Notes: a model not told the origin generated them from the sequence alone. Positions 47,379-59,291 are shown, numbered from the stretch's first letter. The stretch is 64,000 nucleotides of DNA from an uncultured Hyphomicrobiaceae bacterium (GCA_964389095.1 CAYMEB010000001.1:31594-95593), one strand, 5' to 3'. Program-made: numbers and translations.

Positions 47379-48753
47379 CTCGCTCGCTTTCCGGCTGTTC
47401 GCGACGGCGGCAGCCTGGACCCTGGTCGTCCTGCCGGTCGCCGCCTACATCATCCTGTCGAACTATCGTCAGGACGTGATGCGCGACCACGACGCGCGCC
47501 TCACGCTGCTCGTCGATCTCGTTCGCTCCGACAGCATCGACCACGGCGGCAGCGAGCCGGGCCAGCCGGTGAGCACGGGCGAACTCCTGTTCGATATCAC
47601 GCACTCCGGCTGGTATTGGCAGATCAAGCCGATCGACGGAAAGCCGGGCCGCCGGCTGATCTCTCCCTCGCTCGCGACCGAAGCCTTCCCTCTGCCGAGC
47701 GAGAACGGCATACCGGTCGACGATCACGAGTACCGCTGGGCCGATCTGGAAGGGCCGCTCGGGCAGCGCCTGCGCGTCGTGGAGACCGTGCGCATGTTCG
47801 GGGAGGAAGGCGCAGCCCGGCCGTACTCGATCGCGGTGGCGGGCTGGATGCGCGAGCCGGAAGGGCGAATCGCACGCTTCCAGGGTCGGCTTTCGTGGTC
47901 TCTGACGCTGGCCGGTATCGGTCTGCTGGCGGTGACCCTGTTCCAGATCCGGTTCGGTCTCTCGCCGCTGCGGCGGATGCAGGAGGCGTTGGCAGCCATC
48001 CGTTCGGGCGAGGCCGCGCGCCTCGAGGGTCGGATGCCGGCCGAGATCCAGCCGCTGCAGTCGGAGCTGAATGCGCTACTGAAGTCGAACCAGGACATCG
48101 TCGAACGGGCGCGGACCCAGGTCGGCAATCTGGCGCACGGTCTCAAGACGCCCCTTGCCGTGTTGATGAACGAGGCGAGGGACGAGACCAGCCCGCTCGC
48201 GGCGAAAGTGTCCGAACAGACCGCGATCATGCGTGATCAGGTCGAGCACTATCTCAATCGTGCGCGCATGGCGGCGCGTGCGGGCGGTCTGGGGCGGCTC
48301 GTCGAGGTGAAGCCGGTGGCCGAAGGGATCGTGCGGGTGCTGACCCGGATCTATCGCGACAAGGAGTTCAAGGTCTCCCTCGATTGCGCCGATGCCATTC
48401 GCTTCGCGGGAGAAAAGCAGGACCTCGAGGAAATGCTCGGGAACCTGCTCGACAACGCCGCCAAGTGGTGCACCTCGACGGTTCACGTGACGGCGCGGAT
48501 CGTCGCCGGAGGCGAGGACGCGGCGAGCCCGCGGATGCTGCAGGTCACGGTCGAGGACGATGGTCCAGGCCTGACGGAAGAGCAACTGGCCGAGCCGATC
48601 CAGCGGGGACGGCGCCTCGATGAGACCAAGCCAGGCTCGGGGCTCGGCCATTCCATCGTCGCCGATCTCACGCATGGCTACCGCGGCAAGTTCGAACGAG
48701 CGAAATCCGCGCTCGGCGGATTAAAAGTGGTGCTCACGCTGCCGGCGCCGTGA
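47368..48753 (+). CDS. Sensor histidine kinase (two TM, periplasmic domain, HAMP, HisKA, HATPase)
   Basis: H-box LAHGLKTPLAVL. LLDNAAKW, DDGPGL, GSGLGHSIV boxes. 11-nt overlap with the RR gene. Confidence 0.88.
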   Translation: MQLNSLAFRLFATAAAWTLVVLPVAAYIILSNYRQDVMRDHDARLTLLVDLVRSDSIDHGGSEPGQPVSTGELLFDITHSGWYWQIKPIDGKPGRRLISPSLATEAFPLPSENGIPVDDHEYRWADLEGPLGQRLRVVETVRMFGEEGAARPYSIAVAGWMREPEGRIARFQGRLSWSLTLAGIGLLAVTLFQIRFGLSPLRRMQEALAAIRSGEAARLEGRMPAEIQPLQSELNALLKSNQDIVERARTQVGNLAHGLKTPLAVLMNEARDETSPLAAKVSEQTAIMRDQVEHYLNRARMAARAGGLGRLVEVKPVAEGIVRVLTRIYRDKEFKVSLDCADAIRFAGEKQDLEEMLGNLLDNAAKWCTSTVHVTARIVAGGEDAASPRMLQVTVEDDGPGLTEEQLAEPIQRGRRLDETKPGSGLGHSIVADLTHGYRGKFERAKSALGGLKVVLTLPAP

Positions 48754-48805
48754 CCGTCACGACAGACCGGCGCGCCGGCGCAATTCTACTCGAACGGGGC
48801 CGAGC

Positions 48806-49672
48806 ATGTGGCGCATCTGGGGAGCCGCGTTCCTCTGGGGGGCGAATTGGCCGGCCGTGAAGATCATTCTCGGTCACGCCGGCCCCTGGTCCTTGCGGGC
48901 CGCTGGTCTGGCCGGAGGGGCCTGCATTCTGGCGCTGATTACCCGTGCTTTCGGGGAGAAACTCAGGCTGCCGCGCGAACATCGCGCGCGCGTCGCAGTC
49001 GCGGGTCTGTTGAACATCGCGGGGTTCAACATTTGTGCGGTGTTCGCGCAGTTGTCGATGCCGACCTCGCGCGCAGCGATCATGACATTCACGATGCCGC
49101 TGTGGGCCGCACTCTTCAGCCGCCTGGTTCTCGGGGAACCCATCGATCGGTTCCGTGCCGCTGCGCTGGGACTGGGCAGCCTGGGGCTCGCGGTGCTCTC
49201 TCTCCCCTTCATCGACGTCGTGCGCGGCGGCGGCGTCCCATTCGGCCTCATCTACGTCCTCGGCGCGGCGATCTCGTGGGCCGCAGGGACGGTCTATCTG
49301 CGCCGGTATCCGATCGATGCGCCCGCGCTGACGACGACCTTCTGGCAGGTGGTCGTCGGCGCTGCCGTCTGTCTCGTGGGGCTGGTGTTGTTCGAGACGC
49401 CGCGGCTCGATCTGGCGCCGCCACCGGTGCTGGCCGCGTTCCTGTACCACATCATGTTTCCCCAGGCCGTCGCCTACGCGCTCTGGTTCACGCTCGTGCG
49501 GTCGGTGACCCCGGCCGCCGCCTCGCTGGGTACGCTGCTCATTCCGCTGTTCGCCGTGGCCAGTTCAGGCGCTCTGTTATCCGACTGGCCTTCAACTCTC
49601 GATCTCGTCGGCCTCGTCTTCATTCTGGCGGCCGTCTTCACCGACCAGGTGCTGCGGCACTGGCGGACGTGA
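48806..49672 (+). CDS. DMT-superfamily (EamA-like) transporter
   Basis: 288 aa, ten hydrophobic helices arranged as two EamA-like halves. Confidence 0.82.
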   Translation: MWRIWGAAFLWGANWPAVKIILGHAGPWSLRAAGLAGGACILALITRAFGEKLRLPREHRARVAVAGLLNIAGFNICAVFAQLSMPTSRAAIMTFTMPLWAALFSRLVLGEPIDRFRAAALGLGSLGLAVLSLPFIDVVRGGGVPFGLIYVLGAAISWAAGTVYLRRYPIDAPALTTTFWQVVVGAAVCLVGLVLFETPRLDLAPPPVLAAFLYHIMFPQAVAYALWFTLVRSVTPAAASLGTLLIPLFAVASSGALLSDWPSTLDLVGLVFILAAVFTDQVLRHWRT

Positions 49673-49693
49673 CCACTCTCGCGGCAACGCCAG

Positions 49694-50713
49694 TCACGAG
49701 ATCGCCGGATAACGACCCTCGATCGGGTAGCTCGGGTCGTTGTAGCCCGGGGTCGAGGCGTGGCCGGTCGTCACGGTTGCGTTGGCCAGGGCTTCGTCCT
49801 CGCTGGTCCAGCGATAGTCGACGGAGCCCGCATAGGATTGCCACTGCTGCAGCGTCCGGGGACCGGCGATGACCGAGGAAACCGCGCGATTGTTGAGCAC
49901 CCAGGCGACCGCCCAGTGGATCAGCGTCGTCCCGCGCGCCTCCGCGTGGGCCTTCAGCTTCTGTGCGAGTTCGATGCTCTCGGGGCGCCACTCCGTCTGC
50001 ATCATGCGGGTGTCCTTGCGTGCCGCGCGGGTTCCTTCCGGCGGCAGCGTGTTGAGCTGGTACTTGCCGCTCAGCACCCCGCGCGCGATCGGTGAGTACG
50101 GCACCACTCCCAGCCCGAAGTGCTGGGCAGCGGGAAGCACATCGACTTCGGGCTGCCGGTTGAGCAGGTTGTAATAGGGCTGCAAGGCCGTCGGCCGGGG
50201 GACGCCCATGCGGTCCGCCAGATGGCAGATGTGAGCGATCTGCCACCCGCGGACGTTCGACAGCGCCCACTCGCGGATCTTTCCAGCCCGGATCAGATCG
50301 CCAAACGTCGCGACGATCGGCTCCCATTGTGTATGGGGATCCGTCCTGTGCACGTAATAGAGGTCGATGCAGTCGGTCTGCAGGCGCTTCAAACTGGCCT
50401 CGCAGGCGGCATAGACGTGACGGCGCGACAGGCCACGATCCAGTTCGGTCGGACCAACGGCATTGCTTGCCTTCGTGGCCACGACCCAGGAATGCCGCTG
50501 GCCCTTGAGCAGGCGGCCGACGATCTCCTCGGATCTGCCCTGGGCGTACTGATTGGCCGTGTCGAGGAAGTTCACTCCAAGTTCTTTTGCATTCGCGACG
50601 ATCCGGCCGGCCTCTGCTTCGTCGGTCTGGTCACCGAACATCATCGTGCCGAGGCAGAGCGTCGAAACGCGCATGCCGCTGCTGCCGAGTGTGCGCATGG
50701 GAAAAGCGGTCAC
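49694..50713 (-). CDS. Aldo/keto reductase
   Basis: LGSSGMRVSTLCLGTMMFG...NFLDTANQYAQGRSEEIVG...DLYYVHR motifs. Confidence 0.9.
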   Translation of the reverse strand: MTAFPMRTLGSSGMRVSTLCLGTMMFGDQTDEAEAGRIVANAKELGVNFLDTANQYAQGRSEEIVGRLLKGQRHSWVVATKASNAVGPTELDRGLSRRHVYAACEASLKRLQTDCIDLYYVHRTDPHTQWEPIVATFGDLIRAGKIREWALSNVRGWQIAHICHLADRMGVPRPTALQPYYNLLNRQPEVDVLPAAQHFGLGVVPYSPIARGVLSGKYQLNTLPPEGTRAARKDTRMMQTEWRPESIELAQKLKAHAEARGTTLIHWAVAWVLNNRAVSSVIAGPRTLQQWQSYAGSVDYRWTSEDEALANATVTTGHASTPGYNDPSYPIEGRYPAIS

Positions 50714-50890
50714 GTGTGTCTCCAGGTCGGGTCATCGGGAATGGCGTCGCAGCGTCAGGCAGGAGAGGGGTGCCCCCGGCCTGCCGAGGGCCGTTTTGAC
50801 GCAGCTCGACATTGATTGAACTCAATCCGGCGAACCAGGTCCACGGTGATTTTCACATCCAGGAGCGGACTTGGCGGAAAGGGGTGTGGC

Positions 50891-51172
50891 ATGGTCGATT
50901 TCGTCTTGTCGCAGTCGACATTGAAGACGGTCGAGGTTCACGCGGCGCTGATGGACCGTATGGTCGCCGTGGTGGGCGCCGACCTTCTGGAGGTTGCAAG
51001 CTCCGAGGACGGCGGCTGGTGCTCCGCCCGGTTCCGCTGCCTGGGCTGCCAGAGTGTGAGCGTGTGCAACTCATGGCTCGAGATGTGTGGCGCCGCGGGC
51101 ACGAGGGAGCCGCCGGATTTCTGTCCGAACGGCCCAATCTTCCGCGAATCCCGCCCAAAGTCCCCCCATTGA
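50891..51172 (+). CDS. Small Cys-rich hypothetical protein (DUF6455-like, from memory)
   Basis: 93 aa from M26 of ORF 50816..51172. C-x5-C-x2-C-x5-C-x6-C-x11-C cluster ending in DFCPN. Confidence 0.5.
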   Translation: MVDFVLSQSTLKTVEVHAALMDRMVAVVGADLLEVASSEDGGWCSARFRCLGCQSVSVCNSWLEMCGAAGTREPPDFCPNGPIFRESRPKSPH

Positions 51173-51258
51173 GGCGTCGCGGCAGGGACTAAGCGCCGCG
51201 GACGGTGGACGACGCTCAGAAATGACTCTGCGAATCGCGCCGGGCCGATGTAGTTTGA

Positions 51259-52893
<1,635 letters not shown>

Positions 52894-53004
52894 GCTTCGT
52901 TGCAGCCGGTCGGCGGGGCGCGGCGCGTTTGCCGCGCCCGTGCCAGATCTGTGACGTCGCGGCGGTGCTCGGTTGTTCGTGACCGGCGAACCGCGGCCAA
53001 CGCT

Positions 53005-54009
53005 TCAACTCTGGTCCGTCAGGAGCGGTATTGCGCAGACGTCGGCGAGGGCTTGCCAGCAGGCCGGCGGAATGGGCGTGCGGGTCCAGGCCGTGTTGGT
53101 CGACACCTCGTGCGCCGACCGCATTCCCGCGAGAACCGTGCGCACGGCGGGATGCCGCATCGGATATTGGAGTGCGGCAGCCTGCATGGGCACACCATGG
53201 CTGCGGCAGACGCGATCGATCTCTTGAACCCGTGTGATGATGTCCTGCTCTGCCGGCTTGTAGGCATAGGTGGCGCCGGCCACCGGGCCGGTGGCGAGGA
53301 TGCCGCTGTCGAACGGAGCCGCGGCGATGTAGGCGACATCGTGCTTCGCGCACAGGTCGAGCAAGCCGTTCTCGACGGCGCTCTGGTCGAGCAGCGTCAT
53401 TCGGCCAGGGACCAGCACGACCTCAATCTCGGCCTCCTCGATGAACCGAGCCGCGATATCGACATCCTTGAGGCCCGTGCCGATGGCACGCACCACGCCT
53501 TCCTCCTGCAAGCGTCTCAAGGCTGGGATCGCTCCCCGCAACGCTTCGTCGGCGCGTTCGTGGACGTCGTGCTCGCCGTGGAAATGGCGGGTGATGTCGT
53601 GCAGCAGGACGATGTCGAGATAGTCGGTGCCCAGGCGATTCAACGAACTCTCGACGATCCGCAAGGTGCCGTCGCTGGTGTAGTCGAACACCATCTCGCC
53701 GTCGTGACCACCGGGAAAGATCATGGTCTTCTGGCGTTGGCCGCCCGACCCGACCGGCGCAATGGCTTTGCCCACCTTGCTTGCGATGGTGACGCCGTCG
53801 CGCGGCCAGTTGGCCAGCGCCCGTCCGAGCCGTTCCTCCGCCAGGCCGCAGCCGTACTGCGGCGCGGTGTCGAAGAAGCGGATGCCGGCGTCGTAGGCGG
53901 ATCGGAGAACGCCTGCCGCCTCGTCGTCGCCGATACTCGCGATCTGGCCGCCCACGGCCATGGTGCCGAATCCCAGGGGGCCGATGTGCAGTGGGCGCAA
54001 TGACGTCAT
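53005..54009 (-). CDS. Aldo/keto reductase
   Basis: GPLGFGTMAVGG...FFDTAPQYGCGLAEERLG...LLHD motifs. ATGA overlap with the upstream gene. Confidence 0.88.
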   Translation of the reverse strand: MTSLRPLHIGPLGFGTMAVGGQIASIGDDEAAGVLRSAYDAGIRFFDTAPQYGCGLAEERLGRALANWPRDGVTIASKVGKAIAPVGSGGQRQKTMIFPGGHDGEMVFDYTSDGTLRIVESSLNRLGTDYLDIVLLHDITRHFHGEHDVHERADEALRGAIPALRRLQEEGVVRAIGTGLKDVDIAARFIEEAEIEVVLVPGRMTLLDQSAVENGLLDLCAKHDVAYIAAAPFDSGILATGPVAGATYAYKPAEQDIITRVQEIDRVCRSHGVPMQAAALQYPMRHPAVRTVLAGMRSAHEVSTNTAWTRTPIPPACWQALADVCAIPLLTDQS

Positions 54010-56099
54010 TTCAAGACCACGAGTGCATCGGCGGCCACCGCGCCTTTCGGGCCGGCGAACACCGGGTTGACGTCGAGTTCGGCGAGACGGTCGCGCAGGT
54101 CCCAGGCCATCGCCGACACCGCCACCAGCATTCTGGCCAGCGACTCTGTGTCGGCAGGCGGAGCGCCCCGATACCCGGCGAACAGCTTGGCCCCCTTGAG
54201 TTCACCAATCATCTCACGCGCGGTCTCGATTCCGAATGGAGCGACGCGATAGGTCACGTCCTTGAGGACCTCCGTGAGCACGCCGCCGAGCCCGAGCGCC
54301 ATGCAAGGCCCGAACGCAGGATCGTTGACCACGCCGATCAGCGCTTCGATGCCGCTCGCCATCTCGGACACCAGGACACCGTCGATTTTCGCCCCGGGCT
54401 TCGCCTTGAGAGCGTTCGCGACGACCTCTTCAGCGGCGGCCGCGGCCGATTTTACATCCTTCAGGCCGAGCTTCACCCCGCCGACTTCGGTCTTGTGGGC
54501 GATGTCGCGGGAGACGACCTTGACGGCGAACGGCGGCTGGAGGTCGGCGACGTGCGCGAGCATCTTCTCGCCCGTCGGAACCAGCTTTTCGCGGGTGGTC
54601 CCGATGCCGTAGGCGGCGAGCACCGCCTTGCTTTCGGCTTCGGACAGTGTCGCGGCCCCGCCGGGAAGCGCAGGACGCGCCACCTTTCCGGCTGCCGGAG
54701 ACTTGCGGCCCGACAGGCGGGCCCGGTCTGCTGCGAAGCGAGCCAACACCGCCATCGCCTGCGCCTGGCGGACCGGCGTCGGGATGATCGGAATGTTTGC
54801 GGCTTCCAGGATCGCGAAGGCCGCTTCGGATTTGTTGCGGCGACCCGACCAGGCGAGGCTGATCGGCTTGTCGGTGGTGCGGGACGCCGCCACGATCGCC
54901 TCGGCCGCCTTGCGCGCCGGTTCGCCGGGGATGGAGGCCAGCAGGATCGAGAGTTGATCGATGCCCGGGTCGGCCAGAACGATCCCCAGCGTGCTGGTCA
55001 GCAGCCCCATGTCGTTGAAGATACCCGCCGTCACGTCGGCGGGATTCTCCGACGAGCCGAAGGAGGGAATGATCTTCTTCAATGCCGCGACCGTCTCGTC
55101 CCGAAAACGGGGAAGCTCGAGTCCTTCCCGGGTCGCGCGATCGGCGAACACGATGCCGGAGCCGCCCGAGATCGACAGAACACCGACACGGTTCCCGCGC
55201 GGCATCCGGCCCTGGCGGACGAGCTTGGCGATGTCGACGATCGGCTCGACATCGTCCACTTCGATCAGCCCCGCCTGCCGGAAGGCGGCGCGGAACAGGT
55301 CCGCACGGCCGGTCATGTTCGCCGTATGGGACGCGGCGGCCTTGGCGCCGGCCTCGGTCGTCGCCGACTTCCAGATCAGCACGGGCTTTCCCGTCTCCAT
55401 CGAGCGGCGGCCCACATCGAGCAGTCGCCGCGCATCCGGCGTGCCCTCCATCACGGCGAAGGCGAGTTCCGTGCCCGGGTCGTCGAGGAACGCCATCAGC
55501 AATTCCGGTGTCGTCAGGTCGGTCTCGTTGCCGGATGACACGCAATGGCGGAACCCGACGCCCTGGGCCTCCGCGAGATTGACGATCGCGTAGCCGAACC
55601 CGCCCGACTGGAACACGCAGGAGACTTTGCCGGGTGCCAGTTCGGTTTCCTCCGAGATCGAGCCGAAGGCGGCCCAGATGCGGTCCGGTGTCGAAATGAG
55701 GCCCTGGCAGTTGGGACCGACGAAGCGGATTCCCGCAGCTTTCGCGGCTTCGCGGGCCGCCGCTTCCAGCTTGATCCCTTCCGCGCCGGCCTCGCGGAAG
55801 CCGGCCGTCAGAACTACGGCAAATCCGATGCCCGCCCTGCCGCAATCGGTCAGCGCCGCGGGCACGGCCGCCGCGGGAACGCCGATCACGGCCAAGTCAC
55901 AGGGCTTGGGCACTTTGCCGGCGTCCGGGTAGCACGACTGGCCGTGCAGCTCGTCGTACTTCGGATTGATGAAGTGCAGCGGGCCCTTGTAGCCGGCCTT
56001 ACGCAAGGCCTTGATCGGCTGGCCGGAGATGCGGGTCAGATCGCCGGACGCACCGTAGACTGCGATCGCGCGCGGGTGAAACAGCCGCTCGAAACTCAC
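54006..56099 (-). CDS. ADP-forming acyl-CoA synthetase (acetate--CoA ligase family; CoA-binding + ligase-CoA + ATP-grasp)
   Basis: PRAIAVYGAS...VGPNCQGLIS...C-terminal ATP-grasp (SEAESKAVLAAYGI). GTG start 56099 (GAGGG SD) in a GTGA overlap with the upstream stop. Confidence 0.87.
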   Translation of the reverse strand: MSFERLFHPRAIAVYGASGDLTRISGQPIKALRKAGYKGPLHFINPKYDELHGQSCYPDAGKVPKPCDLAVIGVPAAAVPAALTDCGRAGIGFAVVLTAGFREAGAEGIKLEAAAREAAKAAGIRFVGPNCQGLISTPDRIWAAFGSISEETELAPGKVSCVFQSGGFGYAIVNLAEAQGVGFRHCVSSGNETDLTTPELLMAFLDDPGTELAFAVMEGTPDARRLLDVGRRSMETGKPVLIWKSATTEAGAKAAASHTANMTGRADLFRAAFRQAGLIEVDDVEPIVDIAKLVRQGRMPRGNRVGVLSISGGSGIVFADRATREGLELPRFRDETVAALKKIIPSFGSSENPADVTAGIFNDMGLLTSTLGIVLADPGIDQLSILLASIPGEPARKAAEAIVAASRTTDKPISLAWSGRRNKSEAAFAILEAANIPIIPTPVRQAQAMAVLARFAADRARLSGRKSPAAGKVARPALPGGAATLSEAESKAVLAAYGIGTTREKLVPTGEKMLAHVADLQPPFAVKVVSRDIAHKTEVGGVKLGLKDVKSAAAAAEEVVANALKAKPGAKIDGVLVSEMASGIEALIGVVNDPAFGPCMALGLGGVLTEVLKDVTYRVAPFGIETAREMIGELKGAKLFAGYRGAPPADTESLARMLVAVSAMAWDLRDRLAELDVNPVFAGPKGAVAADALVVLK

Positions 56100-57634
56100 G
56101 ACTTGCCCTCCGGCGCCGAGAGCGGCAGGCCGAGCGCCACGCGCCGCTTGAGCCAGGGCGAAACCCGGTAGCGCGGCTCGCCGTAGAAGGTCTGCAACCG
56201 TTCGAGGATGAAGCAGATGCGCCCCGGTCCGATCCGGTCGCCCCATTCGAGTGGGCCGTAAGGATAGCCCAGACCCAGCTTGACCGCCTTGTCGATATCG
56301 GCGGGCGTCGCGATCCCGCGCTGTGCGATCTGGCAACCCACGTTGACGATCATGGCGACGATGCGCTGGGCCACGAAGCCCGGGCTGTCGTTGACGACGA
56401 TCACCGGCTGCCCGTCGGAACCGAGGAGACCGCAGGCGGCCTCCCGCATCTGTGGCGAAGTGGCCGGCGTCACCATGAGCTCTCGCGGTCCCTTCATGCC
56501 GAACAGGACGTCGACGGCGACCGTGCGTTTGCCGTCGAGCTTGAGCTCGGCAACCGCGGTCGTGACGTCATAGCCGATCGGCGTGATGACGATCAGCGCG
56601 CTCTGGCTCGGTTCCTTGCCCGTCTCGACGGTGACGCCGCTCTTCTTGAAGATCTCGATCAGCGGAGCCTGGAGATCGGCGTGGCTCGGACTCGGATAGA
56701 CCCACACGCTGCCGGGCCGTGCCGTCGACGGTGCCTCCGCCGCGGGCTCCACGCGCTTGCCGTCCTGGTAGTCGTACCAGCCGCGTCCTGTTTTCTGACC
56801 GAAGAGGCCGCCCTGGTAGCGCAAAGCGGTGAGCGGGCTCGGTGCGTAGGCCGGTTCGGCGTAGTACTGGTCGAAGAACGACTGCGTCACGGCGTGTCCG
56901 ATGTCGAGGCCGACCATGTCGCCAAGTGCGTAGGGACCGAGCTTGAAGCCGGGGGCGCCGGTGAGGATACGGTCGATCTCGTGAGGCCGCGCGATGTTCT
57001 CGATCAGGATGCGCTGGCTTTCGCCCATCCCGCGGCCGGCGTGGTTGACGATGAAGCCCGGGCTGTCGACGCACAGCACCGGCTCGCGCGTCATGCGCCG
57101 CCCGATCTCCATCATCGCGTCGGTGACCCATTGGGCGGTGCGGATGCCCGGGATGACCTCGACCAGCTTCATCAGGGGGACGGGATTGAAGAAGTGCATG
57201 CCGCCGATGCGCTCGGGATGGCGGGCGCACTTGGCGGCGATGGCCGTGATCGGCAGCGAGGACGTGTTGGACGCCACGATCACGTCCGGCCCCAGCATCG
57301 CGTCAAGCTTCTCGTAGAGCACCTGCTTGATGTCGAGGCGCTCGATGATCGCCTCGACGACGATGTTGCAGCGCTTGAGATCGTCGATCGATCCGGCCAC
57401 CGAGATCCTCTCGAGCGTCGCCTTCACTTCCGCGGGATCGAGGCGCCCCTTCTCGGCCTGTGCGCCGAGCATCTTCGCGATGTAATCCTTCGCGGCCTGT
57501 GCTGCGCCGGGCTTCTCATCGAACGCGATCACGTTCATGCCGCCCTGGGCGGACACCTGCACGATACCGCGGCCCATGGTGCCGGTGCCGATGACGCCGA
57601 CGACGACGTCCTTGGCCTTTGGGTCGAATGGCAT
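56096..57634 (-). CDS. 3-hydroxyacyl-CoA dehydrogenase (long form with extended/duplicated C-terminal domain)
   Basis: VGVIGTGTMGRGI NAD fold, SNTSSL, GMHFFNPVPLMKLVE. 512 aa from M38 of ORF 56096..57745. Confidence 0.9.
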   Translation of the reverse strand: MPFDPKAKDVVVGVIGTGTMGRGIVQVSAQGGMNVIAFDEKPGAAQAAKDYIAKMLGAQAEKGRLDPAEVKATLERISVAGSIDDLKRCNIVVEAIIERLDIKQVLYEKLDAMLGPDVIVASNTSSLPITAIAAKCARHPERIGGMHFFNPVPLMKLVEVIPGIRTAQWVTDAMMEIGRRMTREPVLCVDSPGFIVNHAGRGMGESQRILIENIARPHEIDRILTGAPGFKLGPYALGDMVGLDIGHAVTQSFFDQYYAEPAYAPSPLTALRYQGGLFGQKTGRGWYDYQDGKRVEPAAEAPSTARPGSVWVYPSPSHADLQAPLIEIFKKSGVTVETGKEPSQSALIVITPIGYDVTTAVAELKLDGKRTVAVDVLFGMKGPRELMVTPATSPQMREAACGLLGSDGQPVIVVNDSPGFVAQRIVAMIVNVGCQIAQRGIATPADIDKAVKLGLGYPYGPLEWGDRIGPGRICFILERLQTFYGEPRYRVSPWLKRRVALGLPLSAPEGKS

Positions 57635-57660
57635 GCTGCTTGATCTCCGGATGCTGTCGG

Positions 57661-58431
57661 TCACTTGCCTTTGAACTTCGGTTTGCGCTTTTCCAGGAAC
57701 GCCGCCGTTCCCTCGCGCCGATCCTCGGTTCCCATGAGCAGCCACAGCATCTTGCGTTCCAGGCTGAGGCCGGTGGAGAGCGCAGCGTCTCCGCCCTTGA
57801 GAACCGCTTCTTTCGTGAATTCTACCGCGATCGGGGCCATGCTGGCGATCTTCTCTGCCGCAGCCAGAGCCCTGGGGAGGACTTCCGCGTCCGGCACGGC
57901 GATCGACGCCAGCCCCATGGCCGCGGCTTCATACCCGCTCACCATTTCCGCGGTCAGGGTCAGCCACATGGCCTTGTACTTCCCCACCGCCCGCGTGAGG
58001 CGCTGGGTTCCCGAGCCCCCCGGCAGGATGCCGTTGCGGACCTCGGGCTGGCCGAACTGAGCGTTCTCGCCGGCGATGATGATGTCGCAATGGAGCGCCA
58101 GCTCGCAACCGCCCCCGAGGGCGAAGCCGTTCACCGCCGCGATGAGCGGCTTTGGGAAGGCCGCAATCTCGTCCCACAGTTTGTGGAACCCGAGATCGCG
58201 ATAGTCGAACGGGCCCTTGTCCTTGACTTCGCGCAGATCGGCGCCTGCGGCGAAGGCCTTCTCGTCGCCCGTGATGATCGCCGCACGAACGGACGGATCG
58301 TCGGCTGCGGCCGTGAGTGCCGCTGCGACCCCCTTGCGCACCGCCAGATTGAGCGCGTTTCGCTGTTCCGGGCGATTGATGCGGAGCAGCAGGACACCTT
58401 CGGCGGGTCGCTCGACGAGCACGACGGACAT
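57661..58431 (-). CDS. Enoyl-CoA hydratase/isomerase (crotonase)
   Basis: LRINRPEQRNAL...ITGDEKAFAAGADL...AAVNGFALGGGCELAL oxyanion-hole motifs. Confidence 0.92.
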   Translation of the reverse strand: MSVVLVERPAEGVLLLRINRPEQRNALNLAVRKGVAAALTAAADDPSVRAAIITGDEKAFAAGADLREVKDKGPFDYRDLGFHKLWDEIAAFPKPLIAAVNGFALGGGCELALHCDIIIAGENAQFGQPEVRNGILPGGSGTQRLTRAVGKYKAMWLTLTAEMVSGYEAAAMGLASIAVPDAEVLPRALAAAEKIASMAPIAVEFTKEAVLKGGDAALSTGLSLERKMLWLLMGTEDRREGTAAFLEKRKPKFKGK

Positions 58432-58522
58432 GGTTGGACTTTCGCGGGTGGGAATGTTTGACGGTCGAAACTAGGCCGTGTCATGGAGACCCGCAACACG
58501 AGAGGCGAAGGGCTGCACTGCG

Positions 58523-59191
58523 ATGATGAGTGTTGAAGAGGCGATCACGGGGCGCCGCTCCGTCAGGGCCTATCTCGATAAGGCGGTGCCGCGTGAAATG
58601 CTTGAACGCATCCTCCGCGTGGCTGGGCGGGCCCCGTCGGGCTCCAACATCCAGCCCTGGCACGTGTGGGTCCTCGAGGGAGCGGCGAAGCAGCGGCTTA
58701 CGTCTGAGCTGGCCCGGATGCACGCGGAGGGCACGCCCGGCAAGCGCGAGTACAGCTACTATCCCGAAACCTGGCGTGAGCCCTACCTGGCGCGGCGCCG
58801 CGCTTGCGGGTTCGGCCTCTACAGAACGCTGGGCATCGGTCGCGATGACAAGGCGGCGATGCACCGCCAGCATGGGCGCAACTTCGAGTTCTTCGGTGCG
58901 CCGGTGGGCCTGATCTTCTCCATCGACCGCGATCTGGAGCAGGGCAGCTGGCTGGACTACGGCATGTTCCTGCAGTCGATCATGCTGGCGGCGCGCGGGG
59001 AGGGGCTCGAGACCTGCCCACAGGCCGCATTCGCCTATTTCGCGGAGACCGTGCAGAAGGCCGTCGGGATCCCGAACGATCAGATGGTCGTGTGCGGCAT
59101 GGCGCTGGGGTACGCCGACCCGTCCGCCGTGGTGAACACGTTCGTCACCGATCGCGAACCGCTCGAAAGGTATGCGACCTTCGTTGCTTGA
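58523..59191 (+). CDS. Nitroreductase family protein
   Basis: ITGRRSVRAY...APSGSNIQPWHV signature. Start at M16/M17 of ORF 58478..59191. Confidence 0.88.
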   Translation: MMSVEEAITGRRSVRAYLDKAVPREMLERILRVAGRAPSGSNIQPWHVWVLEGAAKQRLTSELARMHAEGTPGKREYSYYPETWREPYLARRRACGFGLYRTLGIGRDDKAAMHRQHGRNFEFFGAPVGLIFSIDRDLEQGSWLDYGMFLQSIMLAARGEGLETCPQAAFAYFAETVQKAVGIPNDQMVVCGMALGYADPSAVVNTFVTDREPLERYATFVA

Positions 59192-59291
59192 GCGGATCAC
59201 GGGATCGAGATCCGGGTCCTCATGGCGCTTTCCAGCGGGCGGCGAGGCCAAGTGTGCATGCACGCCGACTGCGACTTTGCCGGCCGCTGAA

